DNA of 32,000 nt from Ignicoccus pacificus DSM 13166 (GTDB taxonomy: Archaea; Thermoproteota; Thermoprotei_A; Sulfolobales; Ignicoccaceae). Where the stretch lies: assembly GCA_025340205.1 (NCBI GenBank), contig CP006868.1, positions 60,001 to 92,000 of the forward strand, written 5' to 3'. Under the pieces are notes generated by a model. The model was not told the origin of the DNA. It did no database searches and worked only from the letters and a program-made list of their open reading frames with translations. This document shows positions 7,874 to 17,458 of the stretch, piece by piece; positions within the stretch are counted from its first letter, which is position 1; each line of letters starts with the position of its first letter. The translations under genes were made by a program, and so were the position numbers.

Positions 7874-9769
7874 ATGAAGTGCGGATGGCGCAAGCTGCTG
7901 ATAACCAGTGACCCTTCCGACTTGATCAGGCTCAAGGGAAAAGTCCTTTACGTATCGAACGAGAGACCCGAGTTCCCATGGAGAAGATTAAGACCTTCTC
8001 AATATAGAAGGGTCTTAGGGACCGAATGGGATTCCGCCGTCTTTGACCTAGCCTCGGCAATACCGGCTAACGCCTTCCCAGCTGTGGCGGAGACGGTTAA
8101 GGCAGGAGGAAAGATTGTGATGATGCCCCCTTCTGAACCTCTGGAGGAAGTCTACAGAAGAAGGGGAGGAACGGGTCTCTTCGGAAGGTACCTCGAGAGA
8201 GCGCTTAAGCTATATGAAGAGAGAGGGAGATGTCCTCCTTGGCGACCTCCTTCCGGACTTACCGAAGAGCAGAGGAGGGCGCTTAAGAAGTTCGCTGGGT
8301 TCGTAATAGGAAGAGGTAAGGCATTCGTAATAATCGGCGACAGAGGGAGAGGGAAGAGCGCTCTCCTAGGAGCCATAGCTGCAAAGAGCGTTATCATACA
8401 TGGGATCAGCAGAGTAGAGGTAACCTCACCGTCACCGGAGATGCCGAGCTTCTTGAAAATGATGGAAAGTGTACTTAGGGAAAGTAAGGAGAGGTTTAGA
8501 ATTGAAAAAGCTGGCGAAGAGTGGAAGGTGCTTGGTCCTAATTGGAGAATAGAATGGGTTCCACCTAATAAGGCTGGAGGAAAGAGTGGTATCGTTTTGG
8601 TCGACGAAGCCGCTTCAATCGGATTGGCTAGAGTCGAGAGGATATTGAAGAGATCGTGGAAGGTCGTCCTGAGTACCACTATACATGGCTACGAGGGCTC
8701 CGGAAGGGCATTAACGAAGATAATGCTAAGAAAATTGAGAGATCCGGTAGTAATAGAGCTCAAGGAGCCAGTTAGGTATCCGCCCAATGATCCTGTGGAG
8801 AGGTGGCTCTACAAGGTCTTTCATCTAAAGGAATACGACTGGGATCCAGGGGAACCTACTAGGGTCAAGGAGATCGATAGGCGAGAGTTAGCTGATCCGA
8901 TAGCAATGAAAGAAATAGCTAACCTCCTAGCCATGGCCCATTACAGGTGGGAGCCCTCTGATATAGAGCTAGTATTGGAACATCCAAGGGGTAAGCTTTT
9001 CGTTTATGAGGGAACGAGTGGGATACTCGGCGTCGCCTTCACTGTCGACGAGGAACCTCCTCAAGATCCTTGGGGCGAGGCTAAGGGAGCCGCTCTAAGC
9101 AGATTACTAAGTAGAGTAAGACCCGTAGAGGCGAGGAGAGTGGTGAGGATAGCGATTCACCCAGATTATCAAGGAAGAGGATATGGGAGTGAGCTGCTAA
9201 GGAACTTGGAACATGGGATAACGGGTGCAGTGTTTTCTAACCATGAGGTCTTGGACTTTTGGCTCAAAAATGAGTACAAGGTAATCTACCTCTCGCCTAG
9301 GTACAATAAAGTTACTGGCGAGAAGAACGTGGCAGTGGCTAAGGGTATAGGCGAACTTCAGGAGGTCGTGGATGAGGCCCATAGAGAGTTCCTCGAAGGT
9401 ATGTTGCTATCTCTACATGTGGTATACAGGGACGTGGATCCTAAAAAGATACATAAAATGATGAAGCCCTATGACGCCGAGATAAAGATACCGCTGAAGT
9501 GCGAGTATCTTTCCCTGTTTCTAGAGGGACGTATAGAGGCTGAAACAGCTGCTCGATCGTTATATGCTTGCTTGTTGTCAAAGCCAAAGCTCTTAGAAGA
9601 GGTAAGCGAACCTCCTTTGGTAATAGGCTACCTCCTTCAAGGAAAGACCCTTTGGGACTTGGCAGCTTCTTATGAAGAGAAGCCGGAGGAAGTCAAGGAT
9701 AAGCTCAAGAAAAGCTTGAGGGAGCTCGCCCTTAGGTGCAGAGAGACAGAATGCGATCCCGAGCGGTAA
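7874..9769 (+). CDS. tmcA: tRNA(Met) cytidine acetyltransferase
   Basis: VIIGDRGRGKSALLG helicase-like P-loop, LVDEAASIGL, STTIHGYEGSGR, RIAIHPDYQGRGYGSELLRNLE GNAT motif. Confidence 0.93.
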   Translation: MKCGWRKLLITSDPSDLIRLKGKVLYVSNERPEFPWRRLRPSQYRRVLGTEWDSAVFDLASAIPANAFPAVAETVKAGGKIVMMPPSEPLEEVYRRRGGTGLFGRYLERALKLYEERGRCPPWRPPSGLTEEQRRALKKFAGFVIGRGKAFVIIGDRGRGKSALLGAIAAKSVIIHGISRVEVTSPSPEMPSFLKMMESVLRESKERFRIEKAGEEWKVLGPNWRIEWVPPNKAGGKSGIVLVDEAASIGLARVERILKRSWKVVLSTTIHGYEGSGRALTKIMLRKLRDPVVIELKEPVRYPPNDPVERWLYKVFHLKEYDWDPGEPTRVKEIDRRELADPIAMKEIANLLAMAHYRWEPSDIELVLEHPRGKLFVYEGTSGILGVAFTVDEEPPQDPWGEAKGAALSRLLSRVRPVEARRVVRIAIHPDYQGRGYGSELLRNLEHGITGAVFSNHEVLDFWLKNEYKVIYLSPRYNKVTGEKNVAVAKGIGELQEVVDEAHREFLEGMLLSLHVVYRDVDPKKIHKMMKPYDAEIKIPLKCEYLSLFLEGRIEAETAARSLYACLLSKPKLLEEVSEPPLVIGYLLQGKTLWDLAASYEEKPEEVKDKLKKSLRELALRCRETECDPER

Positions 9770-10731
9770 AGGTGGAGAAGGAAAAAGCACAAGAGACATT
9801 GAAGGAATTCTACAAGAAAGGAATCGTCAAGAAAGAGTTAAAGATAAAGAAGGAGGGAGAGTACGTAATCATTCCAGTTACGGAATGCCCGCAGTCCTTC
9901 GAATGCATCGAAGCTGAGTTTGAGGAGAGGAAGAGGAGCGTTAGCTTGAAGGATTGTCTCAAACAAAGAGTAGGAGAGGGTAACTGGCCTAGATCGTTCT
10001 CAATAATAGGGGATATAGCTGTTATATCGGCTAATGAAGAAATATTGAGATATGGAAAGGAGATAGCCGAATGTATTATGGAGAATCAAAGAGTAAAGTC
10101 AGTTTGGGCGAAGGTTAGTACGGAGGGCGAGGAGAGAGTAGCTAGGCTCATTCATCTGGGTGGCGAGAGGAGGACTGTGACTACGTACAAAGAACACGGA
10201 TTATCGTTCAAAGTAGACATCGCTAAAGTGTACATCAATCCTTCCTTTGCGGAAGAGCACGCTAGGGTAGCGGGATTAGTTAGGGATGGGGAAAGAGTGT
10301 TAGATGCCTTCTCAGGCCTGGGCTTCTTCTCCTTCCATATCGCAAAGAATAAAAGGTGTGAGTGCTTCGCAATAGATCTAAATCCTTGGGCAATAAAATT
10401 CATGATAGAAAATATCGAGAGAAATAAGAGAAAGCTAAAGGGTATAATAATTCCAATAATGTCCCCCTTTGAGTTGATATCTTCTGCCTTTAAGAGGAAG
10501 TACTTTGATGTAACTATAATGAATTTGCCTCATAAGGCTTACCAATACTTGGACCGAGCGATTGAACTGACTAAGAGATTGATTGTGCTGTACGTGGTTG
10601 GCGGTGAGGAGGAAGTCAAGAATAAGGTAGAGGGATATAACGTGTTGAATATGCTGAAAGTTATCGATTATGCGCCATACAAGTACATCTGGAGGGTGGA
10701 GATCAGTCCAGAGGGGTCTGGCCGCTCTTGA
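9751..10731 (+). CDS. Class I SAM-dependent tRNA methyltransferase, Trm5/TYW2 family
   Basis: EEHARVAGLVRDGERVLDAFSGLGFFSF (motif I), DLNPWAIKFMIENIERNK, and MNLPHKAYQYLD (NLPx catalytic motif). The ORF overlaps the end of tmcA. Confidence 0.8.
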   Translation: MRSRAVKVEKEKAQETLKEFYKKGIVKKELKIKKEGEYVIIPVTECPQSFECIEAEFEERKRSVSLKDCLKQRVGEGNWPRSFSIIGDIAVISANEEILRYGKEIAECIMENQRVKSVWAKVSTEGEERVARLIHLGGERRTVTTYKEHGLSFKVDIAKVYINPSFAEEHARVAGLVRDGERVLDAFSGLGFFSFHIAKNKRCECFAIDLNPWAIKFMIENIERNKRKLKGIIIPIMSPFELISSAFKRKYFDVTIMNLPHKAYQYLDRAIELTKRLIVLYVVGGEEEVKNKVEGYNVLNMLKVIDYAPYKYIWRVEISPEGSGRS

Positions 10732-11788
10732 GCATCGAACGATACACGTTGCTAGTGTTCTTGAACTTCTTGGCTTTAACCACTATCCATTCTCCTTCCT
10801 CCCATTTCTCTTCAACTATTACCTTGACGCCCAAGCTCCTCGTGTAATTCAAGTACTCTTCAAGGTCTTCCTCATGGGGAAACCTTAGTACAAACCTCTC
10901 GAAGAGAGTCTCGCCTTGAGCTACCTCCTTTAGACTCTCCACCGCTGGTTTCAGTATAGCCATCCCAAGCTCCAAGGCCCTCCTCTCGAGCTCCTTGTCA
11001 CTAAGACCTTCCTCGTAGACCTTGAAGATCTCTCTTACTATTCTTGGAAACAAATAGTCCTTCCCCTCGTCGAATGGATATCTCATCCCTTCCCTTATAT
11101 CACCAATATTCGTGTAAGAACCAGTATACTTTGCGGGCGATCTCTTGTACTCCGGATCCTTCATGACGACGCCTTCTCTCCCCTCCTTGTCAAATCGATC
11201 TATGATTTCCTTGATTTTGAGTGGGGCTTCAGAACTTTCGAAGGTTCCCAGCAGTCTGACGCTTCTAAGTCCGTGTCTCTTAACTATCTCATGCCTCTCC
11301 TCTACCGGCATTTGTCTCCATCCGTCCTCGGTCTTAACGAATATGTCGAAGATGAAGTAATCGAAGTAAGGCGCTTCAGGATACTTTACCCTGACGTAGG
11401 GGTTTTCCACGCCAACTACCTCCCCAGCCAGGAAGCTTCCCGGAGGGAGTTCTTCTAGTAAGGCCTTCACCTTTTCTCCATACAATGTGTTTAATCTGGC
11501 GTTAGTGTAGGGACACAAGTAACCGCCCCTAGTTATGAATGCAACGTCCCCGCCCACTATCATTGCCCTGACGTTGTAACCGTTCATCTTTTCCTCTACG
11601 CTTACTCCCTCCGGGAAGTGCTCAGGAACCTTAGAGAGTAATACTAATCTCTTTATTGAGGGATAACCAGGCACTATCTTTACATCATCGTTATGATAAA
11701 TGATGACCGAACCCTTACCAAAGCCACCTTTCTTAAAAGGATAGTAAATAAAGTCCTTGTACTTCATGATCCCCCGTTCCGACTTCAA
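10703..11788 (-). CDS. Archaeal ATP-dependent RNA ligase, Rnl3/Pab1020-like
   Basis: EEKMNGYNVR (nucleotidyltransferase motif I), FLAGEVVG, YFDYFIFDIF, REGVVMKDPEYKRSPAKYT (motifs IV/V). Confidence 0.85.
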   Translation of the reverse strand: MKSERGIMKYKDFIYYPFKKGGFGKGSVIIYHNDDVKIVPGYPSIKRLVLLSKVPEHFPEGVSVEEKMNGYNVRAMIVGGDVAFITRGGYLCPYTNARLNTLYGEKVKALLEELPPGSFLAGEVVGVENPYVRVKYPEAPYFDYFIFDIFVKTEDGWRQMPVEERHEIVKRHGLRSVRLLGTFESSEAPLKIKEIIDRFDKEGREGVVMKDPEYKRSPAKYTGSYTNIGDIREGMRYPFDEGKDYLFPRIVREIFKVYEEGLSDKELERRALELGMAILKPAVESLKEVAQGETLFERFVLRFPHEEDLEEYLNYTRSLGVKVIVEEKWEEGEWIVVKAKKFKNTSNVYRSMLKSGQTPLD

Positions 11789-11813
11789 GTAGCGAATATT
11801 TTAGGAGGGGGCC

Positions 11814-13166
11814 TCAGAGCTTCTGTTCTATGTACTCTATAACCTTGTAAATTCCATATTCCTTGGGCTTCTTCATCTTTCTCCTACTAATCTTCCTCCA
11901 GACTATCTCTATTATAGCTGGCGGTACCATGAGGGTTAGCAGCGCCTTTAGCTGGCTCCAGAAGTTCATTGAGAGAGCCACGTAAACTAGTATTATAGCG
12001 GACACTAGGGTTAGAATGGTACCCGCCAGGGTTAGCGACTTACTAGCCCCTATCTTATCAGCTAGCTTGTGCGCCGAGTAGTTCACGGCGAGGAAGACCA
12101 GCAGGAAACCTAAGCTTCCCATGAGAGATATGTTAGCTAGTGAGTACGTATTGGCCAGCACTACTGCCGCCAGAGAGGTCATTAAGACACCTTCCTTGGG
12201 TTGATTCCAAGCCTTTTTCCTGAGTGGTTCCTTGAGCTCTCCGTGTTTGAATATTAGGTATGCGATCCTTCCAGCTCCATAGATCGTAGCGTTTATCGCT
12301 GAGGCAGTTGAGTAGAGGGCAGCTATTCCTATTAGCACAAATCCTATCTTACCCAACAAGGGCTCGGCTATTACTGCCAATGCATAGTCCTTATACTTCA
12401 CTATCTCATTAACTGGAAGCGTAGTGACTGAGACATATGCTATGAGAACGTATATTGCTACGACTATTGATACTGAGAGGAAGAACGCCCAGTAGAGGTC
12501 CTTCTTGTTGTCGGCGTCGAGGCCAGCATTTGAGATAAGCTCGAAGCCCTCATAGGCTAGGAAGATGATCATTCCTCCGGCTATTATATAGTGAAGCGGA
12601 GGCCACGGCTGCTTGAATATCAGCTCTGGATCGGAGTGCAGAAGCCCTATCACGGTGAAGAATAGCAGTATGGCAACCTTTATGTAGACGAGGAAGTCCT
12701 CGATTTTACCCATGATCTCGGCTCCAAGTAAGTTGATGAACATGAAAGTGAGCAATATTGCAGTTATCAACACGTGTTGAATGAAAGTGTAGCTCAGCGT
12801 GCCTTCCTTGAACCCGAGGAGAGCAGCTCCGTAACTTCCAAAGGCGAAGGAGTATAATGATAGCATTACTATGTAGCTGACCCATAGTAGTGTGCTAAGG
12901 TATCCCACTAACTTCTCCTTTTCTATTCCCATTGCTATATACTCTATGGTTCCTCCCATACAAGGATGGTAGTAGGAGAACTTCGCATAAGAGTAGGCCG
13001 TCAAGAACGCTATTAGGCCAGCTATGGAGAATGCTATCGGAGCAAGAGGTCCGGCTATCTTTATTGAGAGTCCTAAGACGGCGAATATGCCGCCCCCTAT
13101 CATCCCTCCTATTCCTATTGCCGTTAGCTCCTTCAGTCCCAGTTTCTTACGTCCATACTTATACAT
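11814..13166 (-). CDS. APC-superfamily amino acid permease. The track start at 13451 is probably too far upstream; ATG 13166 (MYKYGRKKLGLKEL) is likely
   Basis: LGLKELTAIGIGGMIGGGIFAVLG, TAYSYAKFSYYHP...GGTIEY, and multiple TM segments. Residues upstream of about 87-96 lack hydrophobic pattern and are antisense to the start of 13280..13981. Confidence 0.85.
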   Translation of the reverse strand: MYKYGRKKLGLKELTAIGIGGMIGGGIFAVLGLSIKIAGPLAPIAFSIAGLIAFLTAYSYAKFSYYHPCMGGTIEYIAMGIEKEKLVGYLSTLLWVSYIVMLSLYSFAFGSYGAALLGFKEGTLSYTFIQHVLITAILLTFMFINLLGAEIMGKIEDFLVYIKVAILLFFTVIGLLHSDPELIFKQPWPPLHYIIAGGMIIFLAYEGFELISNAGLDADNKKDLYWAFFLSVSIVVAIYVLIAYVSVTTLPVNEIVKYKDYALAVIAEPLLGKIGFVLIGIAALYSTASAINATIYGAGRIAYLIFKHGELKEPLRKKAWNQPKEGVLMTSLAAVVLANTYSLANISLMGSLGFLLVFLAVNYSAHKLADKIGASKSLTLAGTILTLVSAIILVYVALSMNFWSQLKALLTLMVPPAIIEIVWRKISRRKMKKPKEYGIYKVIEYIEQKL

Positions 13167-13279
13167 ACACTTGCACTTCCTCGAAGACGACATGAGAGGG
13201 TACCGGAACACGTGTGAATGAATGATAAATAAGGAATGGCTCTTTCTTAATTCAATAAATATAGAAAGGTGAGTAAGAG

Positions 13280-13981
13280 TTGAGGTGGAGCGTCGAAGGA
13301 TATACGTTTCCGATATTGAAGATACTGTTAGAGGAAGGAGAGGAGGTAATAGCTGAGGCGGGAGCCATGATGCTAATGAAAGGCGTTGACGTGGAGACGA
13401 TACAGATAGACAGTGAAGATAGTCCTTGGTACAAAGCTGCAACCGAAGCAATCGCTCGAAAGCTCTTTACCGGAGAAACGATATTTCACAACAAGTTCAG
13501 GGGTCCCGGAGAGCTTTGGCTCACCTCAAGTCTCCCCGGTCAAATAGAGTACGTGAAGCTAGTAGATGATGAATGGATAATACAAGATTATTCTTATCTC
13601 GCTCACCATGGTGATATAAAGATAGATTTAGCTTGGAAAGGAAAAAGAGGCATCGCCTTAGGAGACCTAATATGGCTAAAGGTAAAGGGAGAGGGAGGTG
13701 TCTGGGTCTCGGCTTATGGTGAACTAAAGTGGTTGGAAGTGAAGGAAGGCGAGGAAGTTATAATAGATAACATGCACTTCGTGGCTATCCCCGAAAATAT
13801 CGACTGGGAGGTGACAAAGCTCAACATGAAGACCTTCGTCTTAGGAGGTGAAGGATACGCGATAAAGGTCAGGGGTCCGGCTAAGGTATTATTGCAGACA
13901 AGGATTTTGCCACCGTTAGCCAAGGCGCTAGCTAGGTTCATGCCGAGCAAGTGGCTCTCACTCGCTGAGAGATTCCTCTAA
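13280..13981 (+). CDS. AIM24 / TIGR00266-family protein
   Basis: VEAGAMM-like EAGAMMLMKGV, FRGPGELWLTSSLPGQIEYVKL, QTRILPPLAKALARFMP. TTG start with GAAAGGTGAG upstream. Confidence 0.8.
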   Translation: MRWSVEGYTFPILKILLEEGEEVIAEAGAMMLMKGVDVETIQIDSEDSPWYKAATEAIARKLFTGETIFHNKFRGPGELWLTSSLPGQIEYVKLVDDEWIIQDYSYLAHHGDIKIDLAWKGKRGIALGDLIWLKVKGEGGVWVSAYGELKWLEVKEGEEVIIDNMHFVAIPENIDWEVTKLNMKTFVLGGEGYAIKVRGPAKVLLQTRILPPLAKALARFMPSKWLSLAERFL

Positions 13982-14020
13982 AATAAAGGCCCTTCAAGTC
14001 GTGAAAAGGGTACGTGGAGC

Positions 14021-15718
14021 TTGGACGTCAGAGAAATAGCGTTAAAGCATGCCTTGAAGAACGCATATACTCACGGCGGTAAGGCACAGCTCAAAGCAGT
14101 GATAACAGCTATCTTAGCCGAAAATCCCGATTTGAGGAAGAACGTGAAATCGATAATACCAATGGTCAAGGAGGTTATTGAAGAAGTAAATAAGATGAGC
14201 TTAGAAGAACAAGAGAGGATATTGAACGAAAAGTTCCCCGAAGCGTTGGAACAGCCGAAGAAAGAGGTCAAGAAGGGTTTACCACCTTTACCTGGAGCCG
14301 AAAAGGGAAAAGTCGTAACGAGGTTTGCACCAAACCCAGACTTCTATATGACCTTGGGTAATGCAAGACCGGCTATCTTGAGCTATGAATACGCGAAGAT
14401 GTATGATGGGAAGTTCATCTTGAGGTTTGAGGATACGGATCCTAGAACTAAGAGGCCTTTGCCAGACGCCTACCAAGCCATTCTAGAGGATTTGGAGTGG
14501 CTTGGGATAAAGCCGAATGAGATATACTATCAGTCACTAAGGATGCCCATTTACTACGACCTATTGAAGAAGCTAATAGAGAAGGGTGGAGCTTATGTCT
14601 GTACTTGTCCTCCAGAGGAGTGGAGGAAGTATAGGGACGCCAAGAAGCCATGTCCCCATAGAAATTCCTCCCCAGAGGAGAACTTGGAATTGTTGGATAA
14701 GATAATGAATGGAGAGTTCGGCGAAGGAGAAGCGGTCGTCAGAGTGAAGACGGATCTGAACCATCCAGACCCCTCCGTGAGGGACTGGGTGGCCTTTAGG
14801 ATAATAGATCCGAACAAACATCCCCATCCTCTTGTTGGGGATAAGTATTGGTTGTGGCCGACGTACAACTTCGCTGCTGGCGTGGATGACTACTTGATGG
14901 GAGTTACTCATATCCTAAGGGCCAGAGAGCATAGACAAAACGAGATCAAGCAGAGCTTCTTATACAAGCATTTCGGCTGGGAGATGCCTAAGGCGATTCA
15001 CTTCGGAAGACTTAAGCTCGAGGGTTTCATACTCTCTAAGAGTAAGATGAGGGAGATGGGGGTAAGGGGCGACGATCCTAGGTTAGCCACGATAAGGGGA
15101 TTGAGGAATAGAGGCTTCGCTCCCGAGGCCATAAGGGAAGTAATGCTCGACGTTGGAGTTAAGAGCAGTGATGCAAGCATAAGCTTCGTTAACTTGGCAG
15201 CAATAAACAGGAAGGTAATAGATCCGAAATCGCCCAGAATAATGTTCGTCGAAAACCCAGTAGAGGCCGTAATAGAGGCTGACGAGGAGTTGGAGGCTGA
15301 AATACCTTGGCATCCGAAGGTACCGGAGATGGGAAGTAGGAAATACAAAGTGAAGCCTGGCGATATTATTTACTTAGATAAGAACGACGTCGTTAGAGCT
15401 GTTAAGAAGGGTGGACTGAGGTTGATGGAACTAGCCAATTTTGAGATAAAAGAATTCGACATCAAGGAAATGAGGTTAAAGTTGAAGATGGTATCTAAGG
15501 ACGTAGAAGATGCTAGGAAGAGAAAGCTGGACATAGTTCAATGGGTGCCCGAAGGAAGGAAGGCAATCCTTTGGAGGCCTAATGAGGGCTTCAGCCTAGG
15601 TATGGTGGAACCTCTGGCGTTCGAGAAAAGGGGGTGGGCACAGCTGATCAGAGTTGGATTCGTTAACATACAAGGGGTAGAAGACGGTACCCTAAAAATG
15701 ATATACCTTCATGATTGA
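14021..15718 (+). CDS. gltX: Glutamyl-tRNA synthetase (archaeal type)
   Basis: VVTRFAPNPDFYMTLGNARPAILSYEYA (HIGH-type region), LRFEDTDPRTKRP, and SKSKMREM (KMSKS-type region). Confidence 0.95.
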   Translation: MDVREIALKHALKNAYTHGGKAQLKAVITAILAENPDLRKNVKSIIPMVKEVIEEVNKMSLEEQERILNEKFPEALEQPKKEVKKGLPPLPGAEKGKVVTRFAPNPDFYMTLGNARPAILSYEYAKMYDGKFILRFEDTDPRTKRPLPDAYQAILEDLEWLGIKPNEIYYQSLRMPIYYDLLKKLIEKGGAYVCTCPPEEWRKYRDAKKPCPHRNSSPEENLELLDKIMNGEFGEGEAVVRVKTDLNHPDPSVRDWVAFRIIDPNKHPHPLVGDKYWLWPTYNFAAGVDDYLMGVTHILRAREHRQNEIKQSFLYKHFGWEMPKAIHFGRLKLEGFILSKSKMREMGVRGDDPRLATIRGLRNRGFAPEAIREVMLDVGVKSSDASISFVNLAAINRKVIDPKSPRIMFVENPVEAVIEADEELEAEIPWHPKVPEMGSRKYKVKPGDIIYLDKNDVVRAVKKGGLRLMELANFEIKEFDIKEMRLKLKMVSKDVEDARKRKLDIVQWVPEGRKAILWRPNEGFSLGMVEPLAFEKRGWAQLIRVGFVNIQGVEDGTLKMIYLHD

Positions 15719-16140
15719 GATCTCTTCTTTTTAACGCACTTGCCCAATGCCTTAGCCATAGCTATCAGTAGTCCTAGCCCCATCATCACGTCTGGATCTC
15801 TCAAGGCCCTCATTAGCCCCATTAAACCTACTGGTTCCGCCTTCTCCACCTCCTCCGAGGCTAGGGCCTCGAACGCACATTCGCTCAAGTTCTGCATGCT
15901 CAGTTTAAGCCTTATCGCGTCGACGTTCTCCATACCATTCAGCATCGCTTCTCCCAGCGTCATGGCATGGAATAACCTCCTATCTTGTGCTAAGAAGGTC
16001 ATTAGATCCTCGTACCTTTCTACAATAGCCTTCATCATGTCTAGTAATCCGGTTTCCTTGAGCTTTGCTAACATTTCCAGTAGTTCTTCCATGGCCTTAG
16101 TTGCATCTTCTATGTTTTCTATCTCCTTCTTCTCTACCAT
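15709..16140 (-). CDS. DUF1641-family protein (paralogue of 523..972)
   Basis: ATKAMEELLEMLAKLKETGLLDMM, DRRLFHAM, RDPDVMMGLGLLIAMAKALGKCVKK. Confidence 0.78.
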   Translation of the reverse strand: MVEKKEIENIEDATKAMEELLEMLAKLKETGLLDMMKAIVERYEDLMTFLAQDRRLFHAMTLGEAMLNGMENVDAIRLKLSMQNLSECAFEALASEEVEKAEPVGLMGLMRALRDPDVMMGLGLLIAMAKALGKCVKKKRSQS

Positions 16141-16154
16141 TATTTATCACCCCC

Positions 16155-17330
16155 TTACTTAAGGGACCAAATCCAGCCTAGATAGAAAGATAACTTCATC
16201 GACTTGATTAGGGGACTGGTGAACGCTACGTACTTCTTCGCAGTGGCAGTTCCGTCACCATTGTCGTAGATTTCGAAGGATATGAGCAGACCGGTAGGCC
16301 CGAAGTCGGCTACCAGAGGCACTTGCCTAGGGAACCTTATCGTGGCTCTGACTCCAGTTATGTCAGCTATTAGCTGGTCGGCTGCTGCTACCGCTGCCTC
16401 GTGAACCACCACGCCAGCTGGTGGGAGACCTACGCATGGCAGAGAGGCGTCGGTAGGAACGAAGACGTCGTCGTACTTGGGGTTCCTGAAGCTTGGGAAG
16501 ACGGCCGCCATAACCCTTTCAGGGTCGTTCTTGCAGAGAAGGTCGTCCACCCCTTCAACTGCCTTTGGGACTCTGGTTGGGGGAGCATAAATTAGTAAGT
16601 CATATTTCATTTCTCCATCTTCGAATATTATCTTATCGTCCTTAACTTCCACAGTTTTCTTGCCTACGTGATACTCGATGTTCTTAAACTGAGAGTGAAT
16701 CCTATGAACAGTCATCGGTATTTCGTTGAACACCTCGATTATCTTGTTCATATTGAGTAAGTGGACCAGATGTACCTTGTAGGGCTTCCCCTTCCTCTCG
16801 GCGAAATAAGCTAGCTTCGCTGCAATTTCGAAGGGATAACCCGGACAGCGGTGGGGGAAGTCGGGTACTAGCACAACTATATCCCCTCCCTTGAACTTCG
16901 CTAAGGCTTCCCTCATCCTCAAGGCTCCTTCCAAGGAGTAGTTGTGGTAACCGTGCTCAGCCAGTCCGGGAATTACCTCTGGAGCGTTCCTCACTCCTAG
17001 GCAGATGAAGAGGTAGTCGTAGTTGAAGGTCTTGCCTCCCTTAGTGGTCACCCTTCTGTTAGCTGGGTCGACCTTGGTTACTTCGTCGAGAACCAAGTTA
17101 GCGTGGTATCTCTCAGCGATAGTCTTAACCGGACCCCTTATCTCATCGACCTCAACCTCTCCTAGAGCTAGATCAGCAAATAGGGGAGGGAAGTAGTGCC
17201 ATTCACTGTTGGTTATTATTGTAGCCTCTACTTCCTCCGGTCCCAGCTTTTCTCTGAGTCTTCTCAGTCCAATGAGAGTGCACGGTCCACCTCCCAAAAA
17301 GAGAACTTTCTTTGCCATGCCTTTCGCCAT
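16155..17330 (-). CDS. NAD(P)/FAD-dependent oxidoreductase, sulfide:quinone oxidoreductase-like
   Basis: N-terminal GGGPCTLIGLRRL dinucleotide-binding motif, HRCPGYPFEIA, DYLFICLG, VPTDASLPCVGLPPAG, ADFGPTGLLISFE, C-terminal MKLSFYLGWIWSLK. Confidence 0.88.
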   Translation of the reverse strand: MAKGMAKKVLFLGGGPCTLIGLRRLREKLGPEEVEATIITNSEWHYFPPLFADLALGEVEVDEIRGPVKTIAERYHANLVLDEVTKVDPANRRVTTKGGKTFNYDYLFICLGVRNAPEVIPGLAEHGYHNYSLEGALRMREALAKFKGGDIVVLVPDFPHRCPGYPFEIAAKLAYFAERKGKPYKVHLVHLLNMNKIIEVFNEIPMTVHRIHSQFKNIEYHVGKKTVEVKDDKIIFEDGEMKYDLLIYAPPTRVPKAVEGVDDLLCKNDPERVMAAVFPSFRNPKYDDVFVPTDASLPCVGLPPAGVVVHEAAVAAADQLIADITGVRATIRFPRQVPLVADFGPTGLLISFEIYDNGDGTATAKKYVAFTSPLIKSMKLSFYLGWIWSLK

Positions 17331-17353
17331 GTAAAATAATTTCTCATGAAATT

Positions 17354-17392
17354 ATTGATTGAGTGCATAGACTGTCTAATCGGTCAATCAAT
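17354..17392. promoter_or_regulatory. Concentric dyad: ATTGATTGA-n5-TAGAC-T-GTCTA-n5-TCAATCAAT
   Basis: Perfect 9-bp outer arms (17354-17362 / 17384-17392) and perfect 5-bp inner arms (17368-17372 / 17374-17378), both centred on 17373, 24 bp upstream of the flavoprotein start. Confidence 0.7.
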
Positions 17393-17432
17393 GGATTCAA
17401 TTCAAATAAAGTAGTTTAACCGGTAAGTCAAG

Positions 17433-17444
17433 AAACATTTAAAT
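17433..17444 (-). promoter_or_regulatory. Putative TATA box (TATTTAAAT context) for the flavoprotein/DUF1641 operon
   Basis: The minus strand reads ...CCGTATTTAAATG... in the 128-nt gap upstream of 17330. Confidence 0.4.
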
Positions 17445-17458
17445 ACGGATTCAAAACT

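Noticed and set aside
13167-13451. N-terminal 95 residues of the 545-aa permease ORF
   Set aside because: This part is Ser/Arg/Leu-rich, lacks the permease pattern and overlaps the oppositely transcribed AIM24-like gene; the permease pattern starts right after ATG 13166.
15740-16162. 140-aa + strand ORF antisense to the DUF1641 gene
   Set aside because: The opposite-strand DUF1641 protein has a recognisable paralogue at 523-972; the antisense ORF is serine/leucine-rich shadow sequence.
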